A stretch of DNA of 63,883 bases, filler included, from Circinaria calcarea (GCA_051942165.1; 17 parts of 17 records of this genome joined end to end with filler, not necessarily neighbours in it); one strand, 5' to 3'; numbered from the whole stretch's first letter, positions 36,946-49,263 are shown. Program-made: numbers and translations. Notes: generated by a model not told the origin, from the letters alone.

Positions 36946-37361
36946 ACTACCACGCCACAGACAGCCAATAGGCTCCGGATAGCGACATGAGTGAGACGAT
37001 GTTCGTCTGGCATAAATAAAATTTGCTGCAGACTAAAATCTTTTCACGGTATCATCTAAATCAAGTGACCATCCAATGCATTTAACAATGACTCTAAAAC
37101 TCACTCCGTGGTAAATTTCCAGATAGTAGTCATTCCCCAGGAGGATTGAAATATAGAATGGATTTGTGGACCATGTCTGCAAGAAATTACATTGCAGAAG
37201 AGAGAGAGGCCTATGATGGACCTCTAGATAGTTAAGCGAGCTGCGGTAGGGGGTTGACGACGACTTGGCAAATCCGCCGACAAACAGCTATAAACTTCGC
37301 TCAGAACTGGACTGGAACAATACCAATACCCGTTTTTCCCGCATACCAATCTGGATCGAAT

Positions 37362-37579
37362 ATGTCAGCCAAAAAAATTGAGCAATGGGAGGTGGAGCGG
37401 TATTGGGAGATATTCTCCTCTCTCTCCGGCGGCGGCAGGCACCTGAACGGGGCGCAAGCAGCTACGGTTCTCAAGAACAGCCAACTCTCGGAAGATCAGT
37501 TGGCCAAGGTCTGGGATCTGGCCGATGTGGACAATGATGGCAATCTGGATTTTGAGGAGTTTTGCGTGGCCATGAGGCT
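37362..37579 (+). CDS. END3: EH-domain endocytic protein End3, N-terminus only
   Basis: [18 protein letters not shown]...VLKNSQL...[24 protein letters not shown]. Confidence 0.93.
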
Positions 37580-38505
37580 NNNNNNNNNNNNNNNNNNNNN
37601 NNNNNNNNNNNNNNNNNNNNNNNTTAATTAATTAANNNNNNNNNNNNNNNNNNNNNNNNNNNNNNNNNNNNNNNNNNNNGGTGTGCGGCGGCCATGGTAC
37701 ATTAGGGAATTGGGAATTGGGATTTGGGGTCCGGGCCCGGGGGGGAGGGGGCTCCATGACGTGGTACTGCGAAATGTGTCTTCCAAATTTCCCAAAACAC
37801 CCAAACTGGGTCGAGAGGTATTTTATTTGGATATTGTGGATGGAAAGTTTACATATCAAAACGGAGAGATAGTGTTGGGATTATTGTGTCGAAATGATCG
37901 ATGAGGAAGTAGTGGATGGATCGGGGGTCGGAGGAGTAAGCGGAACTTGTTCGCGCGGGGGCATATGAGGAACTCGTGGAGAGAGGGGTCTAGGAAAAGG
38001 TGCAAAGCAAGGGGGTGTGGAATAGTTGGATGCGCTTTACTCTCTGCCCTCGAGATCGAAGCTGACAATCAGGTTAGTTACGTCTATCATGTCCCATCTG
38101 TTCAAATTTCATCAAAAGAGATGCAACAGGTCGTCAGGACTTTTGTTGAGGAGTTTGCCATGAAGAAATACGCCTCTACGGTCTGTGGTGAATGCCACAC
38201 TTGGTTGAGGTGTACAGCTTCGAGCTCATGTCATAATCTCAATACTGGCTTTTCGCCAAGTGTTGGCTTCCTCAAAGCGGTTGTCCAAGTGTCCTTGTGT
38301 ATTGCGACAACGTGATAAGGCATACGTAGAACATTGAGATGAACTATAAGGTGTAGCAATAATATTCCACGTGTTTCAATGTTTTATTCCGATGAGGGAT
38401 AAATCACCACGAATCAGCCAAATCGAAGGACAGTCGTCAAACGTTCAGCCCCTTCGTAATTCACGTTACCCCTCATCAATTTAGTACCCACATCTTGGAG
38501 ACGCC

Positions 38506-41001
38506 TTATTTAGGAAAGCTGGAGGGTTCTCCCTCTGGTCTCCATGGCCTGGATTTTCGAGGGAAAACTCTTTTATAGAGGCTAACACCGACGGCATCCT
38601 GGGGGTTGATCTTGCCATCAAAGGTAGCCTTAAAATACCCGTGCGTGCCTAAACTCTCCTTGATATATCCGCTTCTCCCTCTCTTTGTCCATAGCTGCAA
38701 TGCCTTGAACCAATTCACGTCCTCGGAGTTGAAGAACATGTATCGTACAGTGACCAGCTTCTTATGGATTTTGTAAGGATGACCGGTTAAGATAACTCTT
38801 TTCGCAATCACGCGGGAATGATCAGGAGCTTGGGATGTGCCTGTTCCAATAAGCTCCATTTCTGAGTTGGAGGGTATCCCGGTGATCATGGAGTCCGTGG
38901 CCGGAGATGCAGGGTTCCGCTTGAAGATCAGCGTTGGTACTGAACTCCAGGTCAGTGGAGCCACGAATGTTGCCATAGCAGTGCGTCCGGGATGAAGGTA
39001 ACGGTCGAATTTGTGGACGTTATTCGGCGTATTGCCGGTTTGAGAGAAAAGAGGATTGACGATGAATCGTCGCGGACCGCACTGAATGATTAGTTCCTCC
39101 TTTGACTTTATCGGACTCGGATACTCGGAGTTTAGTGTCATACTGAAGTTCATTACTGTTTGTTGATGTTCATGCTGTAAGAGCGAAAAGAGTATCAAAG
39201 GATTCGTGGACAAGACATTATTTTGCAGTGAGATAGGGACACCACGTATGTGCACATTGACACGGGTACCAGCCTTTACGCCACCAACCAGAGCTTCACG
39301 GAGTGCCTGCGCTTTTGCACCTTTATAGTTTGAAACCTGGAGTAGTCTGTTCCAATCGTCAGGTTGGTGTGCTTTATCTTCTTCGGTTTCCCAGTTACTC
39401 GTTCTTAGGCTCTTCAGCCCTCTATATCTTGCGAGCCGCTCACGAGCAAGCACATTCGGATGTAACTCAATCTCGTCTGGAAACTCAAGGTCCTCGTCCG
39501 CTTCATTTCTCCGAAGTGACCTATAAGCCGCAAGCTCTTCAGCTTCCTCGTTAGGAGAAGGATCAAGGAACATCTCCGATTGAGGATATTCTGAAGCGGC
39601 CAACTCGGTGGGATCCTTCTGAGTAGCCCGGTCGAGTCCTTCGAGCCCGTCCTGGGGTAGTGCAGGTACATCCATTGCAACATCACCATCTTCCTCTAGG
39701 AGATCTTCATCATCTGAACCAGAATCTGACATATCCCCAAGAAACCAAGCAGCTTGATAGGACGAGGTCCCTTTGGGTAGACGTTTGGGCGCCTCTGGGA
39801 GATGAGTCTCATCGTCAGAAAAGTAATGATGATCGTCAAGTAGGACTCCTTTCTTCTCAGTGGGAACTTCGGAGCTTGCTGCACCAGTATCGTCCTCCAT
39901 TGTGATGTCATCTGGGGCGAGATCTGTAAGCTGTTCTTGATGCTCATCTGATACCTCGAGCACTGTTTCATCTTGAGGCTCATCTAGTGCCATCTCGTCT
40001 GCCTTCCGCTTCTTGAGATTTGGTAGGGCTGCTGCAGTGATCTTCTCAATTTGAAAAGTACCCCAATCGCCAACTTGTACTAGTCTATTGGCTTTAAGAC
40101 CCTTGCCTCTAACAACACCAGAAACCACAACTTCACCGCGTGTGAGGGGATAATTGTTGTCAACGCTTGGCCATTGGACAGCCTCGATAAGCATCCAACT
40201 TCTGGCTTCTCGCCACCTAACACCCTTCGGAGTAGTTGTGCAAAGAGAACGAACCACGTTGGCGCAGTCTTGATGCGAATCGAGACTGTGTACCTTTTCC
40301 TGCTCAGGAAAGAAGTGGTTTATGTAAGACTTTAGAGAAGCGAGAACCTGTGGTCGCCGTTTGGATGGCTCGACCTGATCTATATCTTGTACTGCTGTAA
40401 GAACATTGGAAACTCCTTGATTATCAACAGCTCGTAGAAGTAGCTCCCCTATTTCATCTACCTCTTCGGAAGATGACAGTATAAATATTACGAAATCTGC
40501 GACTCGACAAGCATCGAGCACATACAATAGGTCTCGTTGCACCGGTATGTACTGAATATTTTGCTTAAAGCGGTCGACTCGAATCTTTGCCAGACCTTCC
40601 GCCGGCACATCCGCTTCCAGATTTAGTCCATCATTGAGCCTTTGTATCGCAACTTTCGCGTCGCAAGCTTTCGTCAATGGTACGATTGCCACATTCCTTG
40701 GTGCACCATTGAGCCCAGAAAAGACAGTGGTGAGTTTGGTGTTTTGCTGATGCTTCATCTGCTTTTTCTGGTGTGCTTGGTGTCTCCGCTCAATCTTTGA
40801 CATGACTTGTTGATGCAGCGACTTACGGTTTCTCTGCGTGCCGTTCTCGACTTTACCTATTGGATGTCAGCTATAAGTTTTCAGCGCGGTTCTCAGGCAC
40901 TGACCTTTTGTTAAGTCCTTGATTAGACCTTTGGTAGCATGCTTTGACTTGAACGGTTTATGAGATGACTTCGTAGTACTTCGGTGGTGGTGGCCATCCA
41001 T
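38506..41001 (-). CDS. TSR1: 40S ribosome biogenesis factor Tsr1, 2 exons
   Basis: Exon 1 (41001-40905) MDGHHHRSTTKSSHKPFKSKHA, intron 40904-40857, then FPDEIEL, RLARYRGLKS, KRVILTGHP, VRYMFFN and GYIKESLGTHGYFKATFD. Confidence 0.97.
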
Positions 41002-41441
41002 TACTGGAGCCAGTCCGCCACCGGATTTAAATCTGTATGGAATGGAAGTCAGTTTGACGTTGTGAGCATTCGTAGCAGAGGCTCGTATCTACGTGTATCT
41101 AAGGGAAATGCTTGACCATCACTCGGGCATATCAAATTCGTCAAATGTGCGATTGCGTAGGACAGGCGAAGTGAAATCTTGGCAGTCGGGGGGTAAAATA
41201 GAGGTTACGACTTTAATGGTAGACTTTTAGCGCCTTGGCGACTACGATGGTAGACCACGACAGACATGGTAGACCTCGCCTAATAGTCTGTGTTTCAATA
41301 CCGAGTGACAATACAATTTTGTATGCGAACATGATAGAATTNNNNNNNNNNNNNNNNNNNNNNNNNNNNNNNNNNNNNNNNNNNNTTAATTAATTAANNN
41401 NNNNNNNNNNNNNNNNNNNNNNNNNNNNNNNNNNNNNNNNN

Positions 41442-42232
41442 ATATACGACTTCCCCATCCGATCCCCCTCCGCCCCTGTGCCCTTCCATGTTCCAGTAAC
41501 CATCCCTTCAAACCGCTCCACGGTAAAGACCTCATCCGTCCCCAACAGATCCCGTGCATCATTCTCCATTCCCAGACCACCCTCATCGTACACAATCAGC
41601 TGATCGATGCTGCAGGCAAACTCGCACCGGTAGTACAGTACCCGCGCAGCCGCCTTTCCATCCTCCTCATCCTCCTCCTCATCATCATCATCCTCCACTG
41701 TCACTAGGAGAATGCTGGACCCGTCGCATACAGACTTCTGGTCTAGCACTCCGAAGGCGCGCTGCGACCAGTCTGGGTATTTAGGCGCGAACTCGTCGAG
41801 GAAGATGGACGCGAGTTCTGTAATAGGCTTGCCGGGGAACGGAGCCTTGACGTCGTCGATTGGGAGGCGTGTGCCATGCGTGTGTTCGTTGGGGGATGGG
41901 GAGGTTAGGATGCAGAGGGCCGCGCCAGAGGAGGGGGGAAAGCTGGCACGGGTGAGAGTTATGAGGGATTCCAGGATCTAGGAATGGGTGATCAATACAC
42001 TGGTGAGAAGATCGATAGCATACAGAGAGAGAAAGGGGGGGGGAGTTTGGCTGTTGATGTATACCTTTGCGGGCACGTCTGCGGTGCAGAAGACGGGGAA
42101 GAGCTTGCATGCGTTTTCAATGGTATCAGAGTCATCTACCCAGCTAGCTTCGCTTTCGTCTGACTGTGAAGCTTGGTCGTCAATGGGATACTCATTTTCG
42201 GAGACGGCGCTGCTGGGTCGTTCGTGCGCCAT
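41442..42232 (-). CDS. Hypothetical acidic protein, 2 exons, probably 3'-truncated
   Basis: Intron 42064-41978 (GTATAC...TAG) joins FPVFCTADVPAK to ILESLITL...FGVLDQKS...LLVT...YRCEF in one open frame that runs to the contig end. Confidence 0.65.
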
Positions 42233-42604
42233 TAGCGGGTATGAGGACAGATGATATTAAATAAGTTAAAACAATGCTGCGAGCGTGTTTGTGACTGCAG
42301 AGAGTGAAGAAGAGAAGGTGAGCTCGTGATATATGAATGTTTGTAACCGCAAATGTGTTGGTAGAGGTTGGGGCAGATGTTACGTCCCTAAGCTTCTTAG
42401 GCAAAGGCAATGCTAGTCACTGGTATAAGGCGGGGACTCTGTAATATGCACTAAGGTTCTATACCAATCACTTGGCAAGTAATAAGTGACAATAGAAGTA
42501 TATTGCTACACTTGTAAAGTCTTGACCACACAGGTCAAATACTACGGAAAGGACTATGGTTATATAGATCCCATGAGACAGGGGTAACACCTCCGCTCCC
42601 ACTG

Positions 42605-42697
42605 CTCCCATACGTTACACAGGGATCTCTGGGAGCATGCCAAGCCTTGTGCTCCCTATACTCCCATCCGTTACACAAGGATCCTCGGGAGCATACC
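42605..42697 (+). repeat. Imperfect 37-bp direct repeat, 56-bp period
   Basis: CTCCCATACGTTACACAGGGATCTCTGGGAGCATGCC versus CTCCCATCCGTTACACAAGGATCCTCGGGAGCATACC. Confidence 0.75.
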
Positions 42698-43390
42698 TCA
42701 TCATACGCCTCCCCTGGGCTTCTTTGGTCACGCTCCTCTAGTGTCTTAACAGGAAAGCGCTCCATAATATAATGTTTCTGTGCGCGGAGCACTAAAAACG
42801 GAGCCCTTCGTATCATATATAAATTATCGATGGGATTTCGATATACATATCGTAGTCTACAAGGGCTCGACGATAATAAATAAGTGGTGATTTAATTATT
42901 GCTTTTTTGGTTGCCTGTAGAGGAGTCTGTAATATTTGCCAGAACTTTAATTGCATTGCCACTTGGCTGCCTTTATGTTCTGTACTTAGCCACCACAAAC
43001 GGCCGGCAAACTCTTTCCCAACTATCGTTTTGTTACCAACCTAGTTTTTCGTTCGCACTTTTACTTTACTGGAGCTAACATTGTTCAATGGACCCCCTTC
43101 TTCTTATTATATCGTGTTATACATATTATTTTATTCCGCAATTGCCTTTTGGTTGGTTGTTGTGCCCTCCATAATATAGCAACTTCACTTTGCAGATGTT
43201 TTATAACAAGTTAGTAGGAGGAATCTGATGTTTTAACATACCGGTATAATCTTCTCTAAGTTACCTTTCTATAGACTGTATATATAAAGCCTTTGCCCCT
43301 CTTTAAACCATATTGATTTCTATTAACTATTCATGACTTTTTATACTTCAAGTGGGCAACGCAAATTAGTAAAGCTTCTCTTTATTCATA

Positions 43391-45100
43391 ATGAAGCTCT
43401 TTTACGTCTTCTCTCTTCTCCTTTTACTTCCGCTCGACTTTGGACTGGCTGCGCCACCATCCAAGAAGTCGAGCAGTAGCAGTTCATCCAGGAAATCCTC
43501 CCTCTCATCCCCGCCGGTACCCCAGTTACCCGCTATACCGCCTATACCAGCCTCACCGAAGAAGGATCCGGTCGTTGCAGCTCCGGCAAAGCAGCCGCAA
43601 TCGATTAGTAAGGAGCAGAAGCCATCTAACCATCAATCGGCTGGAAGTACCAAAGCTCCAGCGAATAACACTCCTCCCAAAGTTGGAGGAGAGGGAGATG
43701 GCCGCAGGACTCGTGCGAAGGCAAAGCAGCAGCAGCAAAAAGGGAGCGATCAAAAACCAGCACAAGGAAGGCCTGTCAAGCCGAAGCTGACATTGGATAC
43801 GAGTGGTAATTACAAGAAAGATCCAAGCCCAGGAGGTAGCCCGAGGAAGGGTGACCAGGGTAAATCTCCCATCTCTCCCAAAACACCCACGACGCCAGGC
43901 GCGCCGCCTAGAATTATCGATACCACACGCGGAAGCGACTACGAACGTCTATGGCCCAAGCCCGGAGAGAAGTCAAGGGATAGTAAATCCTCATACCCAA
44001 CCCAAGAGGGCCCTTCCACGCCACCAAAAAAAAAGGACAAGGAAGCGGCAACCAAAAAGAAGCAAGATGAAGCCAGACAGAAAAAAATCAAAGGACTCTT
44101 AAAAGAACCTGGACACAAGCCCCAAAGACCAGACGCTAACTGGGTCCCTCCAAGCCCTGACGCCAAGCCTGGACTCGAAAAAGCTAAAGCACAAAAAGGA
44201 AAGCCGAAATACCACCTCCCAGGGGAGGACAAGAAGGCAGGCAAAACGCCATATCACCCTATTGAGAAATCCTCTGGCGTAATCACGGCTCCCGATCGCA
44301 AGCAGCAGTATTCTGGGCAGTCTGGAAGCCCGCGAAATGATCCCGGCTTCCTACAGTACACGAACAATAAAGACCCATATGATCGATCATATGTGCGCAA
44401 GGAGAAATTCAAGGAAAAGGATGGCAAAGAGAAGGTTGCCGGCGTGAGCGTATATGATGGGCTCAACATGCCGTATCATGCTGCCAATAAGCTCAATAAT
44501 CTAAAGAAGAACCCCGATTATACTTACGCGCAAGTGGTAAAGGGCGGGAAGGGCAAGAAGGACAACCGCAAAGTCACTGATAAAGTGAAGCAAACATATG
44601 ATCCCGCCCGGGAAAATTCCAAGAAAAAGCCGCTGGCTAATCCAAAGGACGAATCCCCGCAGGCCGCAACATATGTTAAGGACAAAGGCGAGGAGAGGAT
44701 GGCCAAGACCAATGTTGCGCCGGTCCCAGACCGGGAATCTCGAGGCAAGCTCCCTATTATTCTGTTAATTTTATTCCTCATACATACTTTGCTAATAATT
44801 CTGCAGCTGAGGGCTTTTTAAGTTCGAGCACAGATCGGCAAGCCCAGAAGCTTGCCGACAAAGCGAAACAGAAAAAGGTTTGGACTGGAACCGCAATTAT
44901 GGACGGTGACAGGTTGAAATACGACTACAAAAATGGCAAGAAAGGACCTTATAACCTGCCCAGCCCACCTGGGTCGCCGTAAGTTCCCCCTTCGACTTCT
45001 CGCCTCTCTAATCCCCCTTTCTTATCCCACATTCCCCCTTTGCCCTTCTATGACTTCTCCTTTACTTCCTAACACAGTAACCACTAACATCGTTCTAGCC
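43391..45100 (+). CDS. Secreted Lys/Pro-rich protein with a C-terminal NucA/NucB-like nuclease-fold domain; probably continues past the contig end
   Basis: Signal peptide, roughly 330 aa of basic low-complexity sequence, then MPYHAAN...KDNRK...KDESPQAATY...NVAPVPDRESR|AEG...IMDGDRLKYDY after removing GC-AG intron 44745-44806. A second intron-like segment spans 44979-45098. The domain call is by motif spacing only. Confidence 0.65.
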
Positions 45101-45200
45101 NNNNNNNNNNNNNNNNNNNNNNNNNNNNNNNNNNNNNNNNNNNNTTAATTAATTAANNNNNNNNNNNNNNNNNNNNNNNNNNNNNNNNNNNNNNNNNNNN

Positions 45201-45321
45201 AAAAAAATATTAAAAAAATTAAATTATATTTTATTAAAACACCGTCTCAAAATATATTTAATAATTTTAAATAACTAAGAGAAAAATTAATAAGTTAAAT
45301 TAATTATTTAATCTCGAGTAA
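45201..45321. repeat. Extremely AT-rich RIP-like relic at the contig start
   Basis: Nearly pure A/T with dense TAA, grading directly into coding-like sequence. Confidence 0.55.
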
Positions 45322-46735
45322 GCACTAGGATATGTTAAAGAACTTGAAGCTAAGACCGAGGTTAAGGAAGCGGTCAGAGTCTATCTTGCGGAGAGAATAA
45401 TCGTGGACAGTGTTATTGATTATCTAATGGAGACTGGCGAAATGGAAACCCTGGTCCATGACTATCTCCATAAGAACCAATTTCACGAAGGTGCGTTTGG
45501 AGATACCGTAGAGGTCGGCTTAGCTACTTCTGTGAAGCGATTGAGCAGTCAAACATTGCCACAGTCAGAGCGCTTTACATCCGTTTTTCAGACGGTATAT
45601 AAAATATCTACAAAGCCGGGGGATTGCGCATTAAAGCAAGATGCCCGACTGGTCGACTATTTCTTAGAGGAAGGCTATGGACTTCTAAGCGACTGGAGAC
45701 CTCCTAAAGGTGAGAAATTAGGTCTGACAGATTGGCTGCATCGTGTCCGCAAGGGTGCTACAAGGCCGACATTCTTTTTCCCAGAATAAGTTACAGGGCC
45801 GGACCTCATGTTTGTGTTCAAGGAGAGGGAAGGGACTAGACGAGTGATTTTTGCTATCCAGGTATAGACCTCTTGCAAGCGTACTTCCAGCCTTATTGCT
45901 GACTAAGTTGTCCTTTTGGTGAAGACAGGAAACGTAGATGCAGCCAAAGCTGAGGTCCTGAGAACCATGGATCCCGACCTCTGGTTCTCGACGAAGGGAA
46001 ATCTGAAGCAGGGTTCTCAAGCTGAATTAAAGGCCTGCAATGATGACAACACGATTGAATTTCTGAGTGTGCTTCTGATAGCCCCTTTGAAACTGTCGGT
46101 GTCGATGAAGCATGCTAAGGCCATCATCTATATGGAAGAACGTGTATCGTTCTCACCTGATTGGCGGAAGACATTTTTGGAAGCTGTGGAAGCATTAAGT
46201 CGTGCAGAGGCTCGATATCAGAAACAGCCCAATCTCGAGGAGGCCAGAGATGGGTTGGAGAAGGCGCAACAAGCACTTCGACAAATGGAAAACGAATTTC
46301 CGAATGTTCAGAGTAGAAAAACGGGGGATATTAGAGAAACAGGAGAAACAAGTAAAATGGGGGGGGACAAAAACCGTGGTGTCATTGCTATTCGACTTGC
46401 TTAAGGGCGTTGGATACCACCTGACCACTTACTTTTCCCCATGGCCGGGGACCAGAATCTCTATGCAGGCAGACGAATCTGCAAAGAACGAACCAAAGCA
46501 TTCAGAGACAAGTTCAACGAATTATTACTTCCAAATCCTGACAGATGAGTCTCTTGAAAAGATTTTTGGGCACGTTCTTGCAAGACTGATTCGAGGAATC
46601 AAAAGCAACTCGACATTTGTTGTGAAGCCGAGAGAAAATCTGCTACCGAGTCGCCAATTAATGACAATATCCAATGGGGACGCACAGGTTGACGGCTGGC
46701 GAGATGACCTTATAGGGGATCATTTTTCCGACTGA
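45322..46735 (+). pseudogene. Disrupted gene with a Crinkler-type restriction-endonuclease-like domain
   Basis: RPTFFFPE*VTGPDLMFVF...RRVIFAIQ|VKTG...LRTMDPDLWF gives a PD...QxK core. There is an in-frame TAA at 45787-45789, no AG immediately before GTGAAG (VK), and the tail YFQILTDESLEKIFG lies in a different frame. Confidence 0.6.
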
Positions 46736-48715
46736 TGAGAGCTTAAAATTTGTGGAACATCTTGTGGTAAACCGGGGAAACGTATGCTCGACGGCAGAGT
46801 TTGTAGCTATTGCTCGCATATTTGCAAGCTAAAAGGTCGACTTCTTGCGAAGCTGTGAAGCTCAGAAGCTAAGAACACAACTCGTGAAATGTCCGAGTCG
46901 CGGATTAGCAATTAAAGGGGATTGATTTTATATAAGGGTCTAGAGTTCCGTTGAGGAAAAGCTAAATTAATACTCAGCTAAACAACACTTTTAAAGGAAC
47001 CACACACCCATCGACACGTAGATAGTACCATCAAGCTGAGGCTTGCGTAATCTGTATACACCTTTTACTACTTTCCTCTGATATAACGCACCTATTATCA
47101 AGTATACCCCCGATCTCTTCGCATAAGTACTTAGCTATCAATGTCCGCATCCAAAGGATGCGGTGCTCGATAATCGCGAAATTTTATACACATTTAAAAC
47201 AAAGCAACAATATGTCCTGACTACCGCAGGAAGATTGAGAATAGGCAGATTAAACGAAAAGCAAAAGAGAGAACAATATATATAGGCAGCCGGTTAAATT
47301 ATATCTGAAACTATTCGATCAGCATCCACTTCCAGCTAGATATACGGCCTCGTTTAAACTTGCATGAAGTCGATGGCCAGGAAAAATATAGAAAGTGGTT
47401 AAAAGAAAACACGGGGAATTAGCGAGCGAGCACGAAGGAGCAATAAACGAGTATAAGAGAGCATTAGGGGAGTACTAGAGAGCAGAGGGAGAGTATAAGG
47501 GAGTAATAAAGGAGCAGATGGACGAAACGGGCCTTAATGGGGGAGTAGAGTGGCGAGGCATTAATGAGCTGAAGATTACGTGCCAATCTGAGTCCTAGGA
47601 ATCTATATATATATATGTTATAATTATATCAATATATAAATACAACCCCCGGCCCGCTTTTTTTTTTCCCCCAATCCGGTTCGGTTCCCCACCAACTCTC
47701 CGGTTTCTCTCTTTTCTTTTTTGTTTTTTTTTTTTTTTGGAAAAAAATAAAGCTATGGCTGGTTCGCCTGGGAAAGAAAAAAAAAAGAAAAAAAGAGAAA
47801 AAGAACGCTGGCATTTCTGCTAATTATAAATTCCCAGTACTGATTTAGACCCTTGGGGTGGACAGACACCCTTTTGGTCCTTTTTGAAATGTTTTCTTCC
47901 CGGGTTTCCTCCCCCCTTCCCCCCCTCCAACAACTTTTGGAAAAATCTCCCACTCGCCGTGAAGCTTGTTCCAAACGAGATATTTTTCCGAGGGGGGTTT
48001 TTCTAGCTCTTTGTTGGGAGAAGGATTGGTATCTGGACTTTTTGGGTCTCTGGGGTTGCTGTGCCCTGTTATTTCCTGTTGGTTCTTGTTGGTCTTGCTG
48101 CCGCTGTTGTTATTCTTGATGCTCCTGTTACTGTAACTACTGTTGTTGCTCTTGCTCCTGTTGCTCCTATTGGACTTGCTGTTCCCGCTCCCGCTGTTGC
48201 TGTTGGGCTAAATATAAGGTTTCAATCAACAGGATGACGGGGGTTGTAGAAACTTCCCAGGGCAGAGAATACCCATATCCTGCACCGGAGTCGAAAAGTG
48301 TCAGAGTCATAATGTCAACAGAACCGATGCTACCTCGGACGCCCCCCAGTGGGGATTCCCCTGGGTTGGAGTAGTGGTACAAGGGCTACCATGACGATAG
48401 GTGAGCTATGCCTCGCATACTGTGAGATGGGAGATGGTGGATGGTGAAGGATGGCGATAGGGTGGGCGGTTCCGGGTTACTCATATATAAACCAGAGAGG
48501 TGCATTGAATTGCTTGTATGTACCCAAGCTGGCTTTAATCGAAAGGTCAAATCTAGCTTGAAAAACAATGAGCGACTCATTTCCTTCCTTTATATATCCC
48601 TTTTAAACCACGCCGGTGATATTCAGTTTAAACGCTCAAAATGCCATCCATCCGTGGATCGTGTCACAGCTCTTATTTTCAGCGTTTGGTTTCATGACAG
48701 CGTGATTGGGGTTTC

Positions 48716-48844
48716 TTAGGCGGCAATAGCCTTTTCCCTAAACCGTACGTATTCCTTCCTGACCGGGTTCTCGTCAAGCTCCGGCGCTCGATTCAACGGA
48801 GTCCACTTGGGCTCCTCCTTGAACAGCCTCATAGCTTTGATATA
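48716..48844 (-). CDS. ADI1: Acireductone dioxygenase, last exon
   Basis: After CTGAC...TAG acceptor: [32 protein letters not shown]...*, the conserved ARD C-terminus. Not in the ORF track. Confidence 0.93.
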   Translation of the reverse strand, partial: YIKAMRLFKEEPKWTPLNRAPELDENPVRKEYVRFREKAIAA

Positions 48845-48958
48845 CTACACAACGTCAGNNNNNNNNNNNNNNNNNNNNNNNNNNNNNNNNNNNNNNNNNN
48901 NNTTAATTAATTAANNNNNNNNNNNNNNNNNNNNNNNNNNNNNNNNNNNNNNNNNNNN

Positions 48959-49263
48959 AGGGGGAAGGGGTAAAGCTCACGGTTCCAGCGTTCGCGGAGC
49001 TCAATGTACAGGCCCACGATGCTGTTGGGGCTGAGTTTCTTTGCCGCTGCGACAATGTCCATGAGCTGGTTGTGCGCTGCGGGCAGCTCAGACGCAGCGT
49101 GCACGAGTATATATCCCGGGTCTGGGTCTGCGGCTAGGATCTGTTCTGCTGCGGTTTGGGCGGTAAGGAAATGGGTGCCGTTGACGTATTACTGCAGGAT
49201 TGAGAGCGCTGACTCGTTCATGTCGGGATTCTGCATAGCTTCTGAAAACCAGTGTTCGGACAT
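48959..49263 (-). pseudogene. DUF3632-like fungal protein N-terminus with a premature stop
   Basis: MSEHWFSEAM...ALSILQ*YVNG...TAQTAAEQI...ILVHAASELPAAHNQLMDIVAA...ELRERWN, then a GTGAGC donor. In-frame TAA at 49189-49191. The family call is from recalled pattern only. Confidence 0.55.
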
